Shown: in pieces, positions 1 to 10,700 of the stretch
How the letters are laid out: every line of letters starts with the position of its first letter
How positions within the stretch are numbered: position 1 is the first letter of the stretch
NCBI RefSeq assembly: GCF_011386835.1
Contig: NC_088806.1
Coordinates: forward strand, 1,612,001 to 1,676,000
Source: Chrysemys picta bellii
Taxonomy: Eukaryota
DNA length: 64,000 bases
Reading direction: 5' to 3'
Notes under the pieces: model-generated
The model's database searches: none
Told to the model about the DNA's origin: nothing
The model's input: the letters and a program-made list of their open reading frames with translations, nothing else
Position numbers and translations under genes: made by a program

Positions 1-1356
1 ACGCTCACCCGGCGGATGGGGTACGGGTGCTCTGGACCTGGGGCCCCGCCTTCCCCTGCTGGCCTGGCCTGGCAGTCCCCTGCCCCTGGCACAACCCTCT
101 CGACTGCAGCCCCTGGGCCCGGCGGTGCCCCCTCTCGGTGGGCTTCCACCCAGTTCACACCCCGCGGGTTCTGCTTGGCCGCCATTTCCTTCATCTTCAG
201 GCACTGGGCCACCTTGTGCCCCTTTTGGCCACAGTAATTAAATTTCAGGTCCCTCAAGTCCCACGAGGAGGGTCGCCCCCCCCCCGGCAGTCCTGGGCAC
301 CCCCGAGTCGGGCTTCCTGGAGTCCCATCTTTGAGAGGTCTCTGGGTGACTCTCCTTATGAGTCCCTGATGTGGGTCTCCCCCCTACCCCCAATCTACTG
401 TCCACGAACTCATCTGCCAGCGCCCTGCACGGCGCAGATCTTTGGGCTTCCGGTCCACTAGCCACATCTTAAGGTCCGGAGGGCAGATGTCCTACAGCTG
501 CTCCAACCCCACCAGGTTATACACGTCCTCTGCGGTAGTGGCCCCTGCGCCCTTCCCCCACTTGCGGAGATATTCCCCCAGCAGGTTGGCGACCTCCTTG
601 TAAGAGACACCTGGGGTCTTGCGCACACCCCGGAATCGTTTCCTGTTCGCCTCGGGGGTCAGTTCAAACTTCAGCAGCAAAGCCTGTTTGAACAGGTCGT
701 AGTCCCCCGTCTCCACACCATCCATTTGGCTGAACGCCTGTATGGCTTTGGGACCCAGCCGGGGGGCAGACAGCGGAGCCTGTCTGCGGGGTCAATCTGG
801 TTCAGTTCACAAGCCTTCTCACAGGCTGTGAGGTCGGCATCCATATCCCCCCCCCCATCCTCGAACTGGGGCAGCAGTTTGGTGTCTAGATTCCCCACAC
901 CACTGGCGTCTCGGGGCCCTTCCCCACTTACCCCGTGTCAGGCCCTCTTGGCCCGTCTCTCGTCCATCTCCAACTCGTGCTTCCGCTGCTCTACACGGTC
1001 CGCTCGTTCTCTCTCTCTGTCCACCAGCCTCCGATCCTCCAGCTCCAGCTCCTTCACTTCCAGCTGCAGCTCCAGTCTCCGCAGCTCCTCTAGGGAGGAA
1101 CCTGACTGGGGTCTCCCTGTACTGACTGGGGAGTCAGGTCTGCCACACTCCCGGTCACTACACAGACTGCCCCCCCGGCTACTCCCCGGCTCTCCGGGCA
1201 CCCCGGGAGCCCCCCTGGGGTCTGGAGCCTGCGCCTCAGACGGGTCATTCTCTACCAGCTGAGCAATCAGCCGCTCCTCAGTGAGCCTCCCACGCTCAGC
1301 CCCCTCCCCCTGCAGAGACGGGCCGGGTCGCTCTTACGGAGCTGGTTCTAGGCCAT
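1..1356 (-). mobile_element. Decayed Ty3/Gypsy LTR retrotransposon internal region (gag, SCAN-like capsid segment, CCHC knuckle remnant); continues beyond the window start
   Basis: ATG at 1356 is followed by a premature TAG (ATG GCC TAG AAC CAG CTC CGT AAG). Frame-broken gag pieces follow: coiled-coil LEELRRLELQLEVKELELE (938-1201), LLPQFEDGG-D..L..CEKACEL, and YDLFKQALLLKFELTPEANRKRFRG (492-725). A CGQKGHKVAQC zinc-knuckle remnant lies near 200-235. It lies directly downstream of a PBS and LTR. Confidence 0.85.
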
Positions 1357-1459
1357 CTCCAGGCTGGTTCCGTTCAATACCCTCGTTCTATCGCTGGCAG
1401 CCACTCACTGCAAAGCGCCGGCGCCCGCAGCCCACGTCTACAGGGTGCATCCGCAACAT

Positions 1460-1477
1460 ATCCCACTGCTGACACCA
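1460..1477 (-). other. Primer-binding site complementary to a tRNA-Leu 3' end
   Basis: Minus strand reads TGGTGTCAGCAGTGGGAT, 3 nt inside the LTR end at 1481. It is complementary to ...ATCCCACTnCTGACACCA, typical of the tRNA-Leu 3' end. Confidence 0.8.
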
Positions 1478-1480
1478 CGT

Positions 1481-2311
1481 TGTCACGGACTCACAGATCG
1501 TGCCCACTCTTGGCCCCGTGCAGTCCGTGGGGGGTGCCCCTTTTAGTGAGACAGCCCTTCTCGGGGGTCCACTCTCTCTCAGGGTCCGGCCCCTCCACCT
1601 CCTGGATCCGCACCTCTCTGAACCTCAGCATGTCTGTCTCTGCCGTGGGCCCCCTCAGGGAGTCCCCTCGCTCTGGACCCCCCGGGGCCTCCACCCCCCG
1701 AAGGGGTTGATGCCACCCTGTTCTCTAGATCGGAGTGACTCTCAGCCAGCATAAAACAGGAGGTTTATTGAGAGTTGAACACAGCACAGGAAACTCTCAG
1801 GGCCTCAGGCCTGGCCTCCCTCAGCCCAGCACACTCTGCATCCAGGGGGGCTCTGCCTGCTCCCCCTCTCCAGCCCCGAGCCCCCCTGCTCCCAGCTGGG
1901 CATCTGAGATCCCCGGCCCCAGGCCCCGCCTCTGTCCATTGTCTTCTCTCCAGGGAAACAGGGTTGTACCCCGGGGCCTCCGCTCCTGCTTCTGTCCTCT
2001 GGCTGGAACCGGCTGGTCAGGTCACTGGGTCCTGACTCTGCAGCCCATTGTCCTCCCACTGACCAGAACCGGCTGTGTCTCCTCAGCTGGGCCTCCGGGT
2101 CACCAGGTCGCCAGGTCACCGGTCGCTGGGGTATCCATCCTCCCGGCCATCGGCTGGGTCCCCAAGTCCTCTCTCCGGTCCTCTGCAAAACACACTCCCT
2201 CTCCCCTCACCTCGTTAAACCAGTAACACCCAGGGACACTGAGTCCCACCCCCTCCGCATGCAAACCATTGAAACTCCACAGAGAACAAGAAAACCCCCC
2301 ACTTCGTCACA
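1481..2311 (-). mobile_element. 5' LTR of the Gypsy element (831 bp, TGT...ACA termini)
   Basis: Termini TGTCA...TCACA, adjacent PBS, minus-strand AATAAA at 1764-1769, and a closely related second copy at 38239-39068. Confidence 0.9.
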
Positions 2312-2799
2312 TCTCTCCCACCCCCACCAGCAGGCACAGGAGACGGGGGGGGGCCTGCAAAGTGCACGTGGGGTTGGGGGGGCTGTAACTGGTGCCTAAT
2401 TCTGTAGGCCCTACCAAAATGGCAACACTTAAACCAGCCCCGACCTCCTGGGTGGCTCCCAGCAGGGGGCGATCGCGCGCCTCTCTGATTCTGGGGGTTC
2501 CACACAGCACCAACAGGGAGCAAGAACCCCCCCCCAAGTGGGCACCCCACCCCCTCCCACCTCAGAACAGCCACCCCATTCCCCGGCCCTGCCAAAGGCC
2601 CCGCTGGATCAAAGCAGGTTTGCAATCCGCCAAAACCCCCGACCGTCGGCGTTCCTCAACGCCGCAGCCAGGCCCCTTGCTAGAGCTAACAACCGACTTG
2701 GCCGAAGTGACTCCTGCGCAGGGCCTCAGCCAGCCCGATCTCCGCCCCTGGAAAAGCCCAGGGGGGCGTTTGAAACGAAGAAGTCCAGCGGCGGGAGCT

Positions 2800-4720
2800 G
2801 GGGATTTCTTAAAGGAAATGGATTTGCTGGCGTTCTTGGGTTGAAAACTTCAAAGCTCTTTGCAAACCTCACTAATTGGGAAGGTTTTAGTTCGGAAATC
2901 TCGCTTCCCCTGGATTCGCTACGTGGCTCTCACGCCCGTCACTGCGGAAAAAACCCCAAACGCATCCGTTGGAAATACCAGGATCGGCTGCGAATGTAAA
3001 GTCAATCCGCCCTGCACAGATGCACTTGAGGACAATTATTTTTTTGTCGTTGCAACCGTTGAGGGAATTTTCATTTGCAGATGAGGCCGAGCTGCAAAAT
3101 GATTTTGACTGAAGCCCTGAATGCAAAACCTAAGCAGCCACCGCATTACGAAACGTCGGGCAAAGTTCTTTTACTTTTATTCCAACAACAAAAAAATCAA
3201 ACTGGGTTCGCCAAGTTGGCACCCGTTCCAGCCGTGCTTCTAAATCCCCTTTATTCTTTTTTGGAGAACGTATTTGCAAACAGCCCAAGCGGCTCAATCA
3301 AGCTTTGCAATGCCTCTTAATTTGAGAAAGGTTTTTGGGTCAAAGACATTGTTGCAAGGCCGTAAATCACGTTGAGGAGGGGCGAGAAACTGAGCTCCCG
3401 ACCGCTGAGAATCATTTTGCAAATCTCCAGCCCCAGAAAAGAGGGGGGCCTTTTTGAGCACGACTGGCTCCCCAACGCTCTGGGTGTAGCCCCAGGTCCA
3501 GGCTTGCAGGTGGATTGTGTCGCGTTTAAAGGATCTGGGTGGATCTCCCTTGACAAGGGCAGAGGAGATCCCAGAAAATGAACTCCCAGTGTATTTCAAA
3601 TTTTGTCCATACCCACTTTTCCCATAAAGCCCATTTGACACAAACTGCAATAGAAAGGCTTTATTATAACCAAAAAACCATCCAATTCCTGCAGCTCCAA
3701 TCTTGCAAACGAGGGACCCGCAAAATCGAACTCCCGATTCTGCAAACAAGCGCTAAATCCCGCAAAGCGAACGACCGGCCCAGCCCCGAAACCTTCCGAG
3801 AGGGGATTTAAAAACTCCCTTCCCGGCGAGCTCAGCTGGCGAAAGCCGGGAGCGAGGAAGCGGCTCGGTGGGATCCCGACGAAGGGCAAGTGGATTTAAG
3901 GCCCCAGAGCCGGAGCTATAAATTATGTGGTTTCAAACGAAACGTTTTAAAGCTTGTGCAAAAAAACCCAACCATGTGCAATTCAGAAGCACAGCGTGAA
4001 CCCCAAATTCTCCTCGCGAAAGGTGTCAAACCTAAGACCGGTGTGGGGGGGCAGCGGGGGCCCACCCACAACGCCCCATCTGCAGGGTGCATTTTGGATA
4101 TGCGAGAGGGCAAAATATTCCCCCCAATGCTGGGGCAGGGAGAACAAAAGACAGTGTGCAGATGGGGGGAGCCTTTGGGGCGTACCCCAAAAACAGGCAG
4201 GCGGGGGGCATGAAGGCACCAGAGGGTTGATGGGGTCAAAGGGGTGACTCCAATGCAGAGGGGGGTGAACCCTGCAAATAAGGAATTAACCCCCTGAAAA
4301 GTCTCCATCCCAAGGGGTGGGAAGCTGGGGAGATGCCCCCCCCCAAAAGAGGAGTAAAGAATTGGCTTCGGTGCAGAGGGATCCCCAAAACTGGGAGTGA
4401 CCTTGAAACCTCAAGCCCATGGTCAGGTTAAACTGTGTCCCCCCAGCAGATCCAAAAGACATCCGGAGCACAAGGCACCAGCCCCCCCCAAAACGTGAGT
4501 CTGTCTTTGGCTTGTTCTCCACACACACACACCCCCGAGAGCTGCACCCCAAAAACAAAGGCACTTAAAGGGGTTCACGGTCCATCGGGAGGAAACCGAC
4601 GCGCGTCGTCTGCGGAGGTATCAGGCAGCAGGCGTTCCAATGCGACCAGCTCTGGGGTGGAGCGTTGGTCCCGAGCCAGGGGAGCCCCGAAGTCACCAGG
4701 CTGCACGGACTGCAAAGGGG
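2800..4720 (-). other. Probable IRS3 3' UTR with poly(A) signals
   Basis: Non-repetitive, AT-richer sequence downstream of the putative stop. Minus-strand AATAAA at 3660-3665, 3250-3255 and 3176-3181. Confidence 0.4.
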
Positions 4721-7700
4721 TCAGCACTCTGGAAGGGAGAGTCGAGAAAGGATCGATCCTGTATTAATGCCCCTGGTTGCAGCCACTTCTGGGGTGGGGC
4801 GGCTGGTTACATGGGGACCCCTCGCCTGGCACTGAGATGTGGCCACCTCTGGGGCGAGGCGGCCGGTTACCCAGGGACCCCTCGCCCGGTGCTGAGATGC
4901 AGCCACCTCTGGGGCGGGGCGGCCAGTTACCCAGGGACCCCTCGCCCGGTGCTGAGATGCGCCCACCTCTGGGGCAGCTGGTTAGCCAGGGACCCCTCGC
5001 CAGGCAGGAAGAAAGGAACAAAACAGCTGGAAAAGAAAAGGGGAAATAATAAACCTTTCCAGCCAGTTTCTCTCCGTTTTCTTTCCCCCGTTCAGAGTGA
5101 AGGAAGCAGGCCTAGAACCGCGGGCAATGTTGGATGGGGGGGGGGGGCAGGGGGAGCGTTTCGAGGGAATCCCACAGAAAAATAGAGGTTTCTAAGGGGG
5201 AACATCTCCACGTACAGTAAGAAGAGTCCGTTTCTAGTGCAAAGCCCCAACAGTGGTGTGAGTACGTATCAAATTATTCGGGGAACGATTCACATGCCCA
5301 CTGGCGAGGGGCAGCGACACGCCAACACCCCCCAAGGAGACGGTTTCTAAGGGGTGACCCGCACAAAAAAAGAGGCAGTTTCTAGAATGGATATTGCTCA
5401 GGCAACAAAGCCTGCTTCTAACCTTCCCCCACCGTTCATAGTTAAAATAAACACCTGCATTTTGAAGGGGAAAATCTTTCCCCCGTCCCCAGAAAGGCAG
5501 TTTCTAAAAGGGAAAATCCCTGGCCTCCAAAAAAATAGTTTTTAAGGGGGAGAACTGCAGCAGTTTCTAAAGGGGACCCCCGGCCAATTAAAAAAAAAAA
5601 ACGGTTTCTAATAGGGGACCCCCCCACAGCTGTCTCCACAGGGGAGAAACCCTTAGCCAAAGCAAGAAAACGCGGTTTCTAAAGGGGACCGTACACCCCG
5701 GGAAGGCAGTTTCAAGCAAGCGCCAGGAGGTTCTGCCTTCGCCGACCGCACAGAAACAGCTGAGTTGGCCCTGGAAGATGGGGGACAAACCCCAACCCCA
5801 AGTCTTTTTGGTAAAGAAACAAGGCAGCTGCAGGCCCCCTAAGGGCAGCTTAAAGCCATGGGGCTTTTGAAACCGCCGTGAACTCATCTCCACTGTGTTT
5901 ACAAAGCCTTTGTTTCTTCTTCGAGTGCTTGCTCATATCCATTCCATTAGGTGTGTGCGCGCCGCGTGCACGATCGTCGGAAGATTTTTACCCTAGCAAC
6001 ACCGGCGGGTCGGCTGTGGAGCCCCCTAGAGTGGCGCCTTCATGGCGCTGAATATATACCCCAGCCGACCCGGCGCCCCCTCAGTTCCTTCTTACCGCCC
6101 CTGACGGTCGTTGGAACTGTGGAGCGCTGCTTAGCTGTTCTCCACTTTCCCTAGCTTTATTGTTGTATCATAGTTGTAGTTATAGTTATAGTCTTAGAGT
6201 TTGTTGTAAGTTAGTTAAGTAGTTGTAAAGTTGTTCTAAATAGTCCAGGGGGTTAAGGGGGTCGTCTCCCCCCTTTCTCCCCCGGCCGCGGGGCCGGGCT
6301 CATGCCCAACGCTCCCGGCTTCAAGCTGTGCGCCTCCTGCGCTAAACCTATGCCCACGAGCGACCCGCACGAATCTTGTCTGAAGTGCCTGGGAGAGTCA
6401 CACCAGACAGACAAGTGTAAAATCTGTAAGGCCTTTCGTCCGAGAACGAAGAAGGAGCGGGACTTTCGGCTCAGGCAACTTCTGATGGAGGCGGCTCTTA
6501 GCCCGGACGCTCCTTCCACGAGCAAGGCCCCGGCACCTAGCACCTCGGTGCGCAGTGCCCCGGCGGCACCGGCTGCGACGACCACGCGAGTGGCGTCAGA
6601 CAAGCCTCCCCGGCACCGGACCTCGTCGGCACCGCAGACACAGCAAGTGCCTCGGCGCCGGTCCTTATCCCCAGGGCATAAAAAAGCCCATAAGACGGGG
6701 ACATCAGTGCCGAAGACGCCAGCTCCCCCAGTGTCGGGGGTAGAGCCGCGTCCACCGGTGGAGCAACGGAAACAGTTGCCTCCGGCACCGTCGACTCCGG
6801 CGCCGAGGCCGTTGAGTCCGGTGCAAATAGCGTCTCCCCCCAGGCCGGCGGTGATACAGTGCCTCCCGTCGACTCCAGAGACCTTCGCGGCGGCGAGAGA
6901 CTTAATAGCTCTCACGGAGCCGGCACCGCCTCAGCCACCGGCACCGACTGCACCGTTGACTCGCCCGGTCCAGTCGAGGGGGAAACCTGCTTTGATGCGC
7001 CCACCATCACAGGGGCTGGAACCTCGGCACCGGTCCAGGTCCCGAAGCAGGTCCCCACGCCGCTCGCAGTCCCGGCGCCGAATATCGTCTCGGCACCGGT
7101 CGTACTCGCGGCCAAGATCTACTTCGCGGCACCGCTCTACGTCTCGGCACCGCTATGATCGTCGGCACCGATCAACGTCGAGACGTAGTTCTCGGCACCG
7201 CTACGGTCGGCGCTCGACGTCGAGGGGTCGCTCCCGGCACCGGGCATACTCCAGGTCCTCGTCGAGGTCCAGATCCGACTCCCGGCACCGACGAGGTCAT
7301 CGGCACCGGTCGCGGTCCCGGCACCGATCGCCGGCACCGCGCGGAGATAGATCATCTCCGGACCGGCACCGTGCGGCACCGCAGCCCACCGGGATGGTTT
7401 CATCTCTCTCGGCACCGCCATGGCCGTCTAGATCGGTGTCTCGCTCCTCGGAGGACTTGTCGAGATCGGCATACCCCCCTCAAGGGCGCGCCGATGAACA
7501 AAATTTCGGCCACTGGCAGGAGATGGCAGAGGACCAATCTCATGGACCATCTCACTGGTCGTTTTGGACCCCGTGGGCATACCACCAAGAACAAGGGGCT
7601 CCAATACCATCGACCTCTCGCTCGGGTCACTCGGTTAGAAGGGCCCCAGAATCCACCATCTCTCGGCCTCCGCCAGGAGGCATGGAGGCTTCGGTGTCCA

Positions 7701-10700
7701 CGCCACCCGACACCAGGGACCCAAGTGCAGGTGATGCCCCGGCCCAAGAGCAAGGGGATCAGGACCCCCCCTTGGATCCGGTACCACCGGAGGCATCCTC
7801 TTCCTCCTCTCCGGACGAGGCAGTGGCGGGCACTTCATGTACGGGTCCCCCTCCGATAGATCTTCGGGCTCACCAGGATCTCCTGCGTAGGATGGCCCGT
7901 AATATGGACCTGCAGGCGGAGGAGATAGTGGAGGTGCACGACCCGATCGTGAACATCCTTGGAGCAGATGCCCCATCGAGGGTGGCGTTACCTCTGATCC
8001 GCACGATCCAATCGAATGCGGATACGATATGGCAAACTCCTGCCTCCATTCCACCCACAGCGAGAGGGGTGGAAAGAAAATACTTTGTCCCCTCTAAGGA
8101 CTATGGGTACTTGTACACCCACCCCCAACCGTGCTCACTGGTGGTGGAATCAGTGAATGCACGAGAGCGCCACGGCCAGCAGGCTGCAGCGCCTAAATCA
8201 AAAGAGGCTAAGCGGCTCGACCTGTTTGGCCGTAAGGTCTACTCAGCCGGAGGGCTACAACTGAGAGCGGCGAACCAACAGGCGTTACTGAGCCGCTACA
8301 ATTTCAACTCCTGGAACTCTATGGGGAAGTTTAAGGAGTTGATTCCCCAAGAGTCCAGGGAAGAGTTTGGAGCCATGGTAGAGGAGGGCAAGAAGGTGGC
8401 TCGGACCTCCTTGCAGGCCTCCTTGGACATTGCAGACTCAGCGGCGAGGACCCTGGCTTCGGGCATCGCTATGCGCAGGATCTCCTGGCTTCAGGTTTCG
8501 GGTTTGCCTCCGGAGCTGCAGCAAACCCTACAAGATCTGCCTTTTGAGGGGCATGGATTGTTCTCGGATAAGACGGATTCCCGCCTGCAGAGCCTCAAGG
8601 ACTCGAGAACAATCATGCGCTCCCTGGGGATGCATGTTGTGGGCCCCCAGCGCAGGCCATTTAGGCCGCAACCTCAGCGCTTCTACCCCCCCCCCGCCTC
8701 GTCAGAGACAAGACTCGGCCCGGAGGCGAGGGCGAGGTGGTAGAAGAAGGTGGACCGGCCCTCAACCCGGCCAGAACCAGGGGCCACCTCGACCACCTTC
8801 AGGCCCCAGGCAGAACTTTTGAAGGTGCGGTCGAGGACGGCGCCCCAGTCATCCCCCAGGATCCAGCCCCCTCCTTTCGGGATCGCCTCTCCCACTTCCA
8901 CCGTGCTTGGTCCCTTATAACTTCGGACCGTTGGGTCCTCCGCACGGTGGAGAGGGGATACGCTATCCAGTTTTCTTCTATCCCCCCCTCCTCCCCCCCT
9001 TCCCCGTCCCTCTTCAGGGACCCTTCTCACGAGCAACTTCTTATACAGGAAGTTTCTACGCTCCTCGCTATGGGGGCCATAGAGGAGGTTCCAGTGGAAT
9101 TAAGGGGCAGGGGATTCTACTCCCGTTATTTCCTCATCCCCAAGTCCAAAGGAGGTCTGCGACCCATCTTGGACTTGCGCGGACTCAACAAATTCGTAGT
9201 AAAGTTGAAGTTCCGCATGGTCTCTCTGGGGGCCATTATCCCTTCCCTCGATCCTGGAGACTGGTTCGCCGCCCTCGACATGAAAGACGCATACTTTCAC
9301 ATTGCTATTTACACGCCTCACAGACGCTTCCTGCGATTCGTGGTAAACAGGGTGCACTACCAATTTGCAGTCCTTCCCTTCGGCCTATCCTCGGCCCCAC
9401 GGGTGTTCACGAAATGTATGGCTGTCGTGGCAGCGTACCTTCGTCGGCAAGGGATACAGGTGTTCCCGTACCTAGACGACTGGCTGGTACGCGGTCGCAC
9501 CAAAGAACAAGTTCGCGATCACGTCCACATAATAGTGCGCACATTCAACAAGTTGGGTATCCTACTCAACAAGGACAAATCCACTCTAGAACCTACCCAG
9601 AGAATAGAATTCATCGGTGCGGTTCTAGACTCCAGACGCGCACAAGCCATCCTGCCAGACAATCGCTTTTGCACCATCACGAGCCTCATCCAAGGACTCA
9701 AGGCCTTCCCAACTACCACGGTGAGGTCATGCCTTACCCTGCTGGGTCACATGGCTTCCTGCACGTACGTAACCAGGCATGCCAGACTTCGGCTTCGCCC
9801 ACTCCAGACCTGGGTGTCATCAATATACCGCCCACATCGGGACAGCCTGAATATGGTGGTCACAATCCCGAACTCGGTCCTGACCTCCCTCACATGGTGG
9901 CTAGATCACAATGTGGTTTGCGAGGGGATGCCGTTTCACGCCCCACAACCCTCTCTGCACCTGGTCACAGACGCTTCATCTCTGGGTTGGGGCGCCCATC
10001 TCAACGAGCACCATACCCAGGGCCTGTGGACTGCACCTCAGCTAGCCCTACACATCAATGTTCGGGAACTGATGGCGGTGCGCCTGGCATGCCAGGCATT
10101 TCTCAATCTCCTACGTGGCCGCTGTGTGTTAGTTCTCACCGACAACACCACGGCCATGTTTTACATCAACAAGCAAGGAGGAGCACGTTCGTCAATTCTA
10201 TGCCAAGAGGCCATTCGCCTGTGGGACTTCTGCATCGCCCACTCAATCCATCTCACGGCATCGTTCCTCCCTGGAGTCCAGAACACTTTAGCGGACCGAC
10301 TCAGCAGGTCCTTTCAAACGCACGAGTGGTCTATCCGTCCGGACATCATACATTCCGTCTTCCAGAAGTGGGGGTTTCCCCAGATAGACCTGTTTGCATC
10401 TCGAGACAACAGGAAGTGCCACGTGTTCTGCTCCCTGCAAGGTCGAGCCCCAGGCTCCCTCTCGGATGCGTTTCTCCTTACCTGGAAAGACCACCTGTTT
10501 TATGCCTTCCCTCCGTTTCCTCTGGTCCACAAGGTACTGCTCAAATTGCGCAGAGACCAGGCACAGGTGATTCTGATCGCTCCAGCGTGGCCGAGACAAC
10601 ATTGGTACACCACGCTGCTGGAACTCTCGGTTCAGACACCGATCCCGCTTCCGTTGTATCCGGATCTCATCACGCAGAACCACGGCCGGCTGCGTCACCC

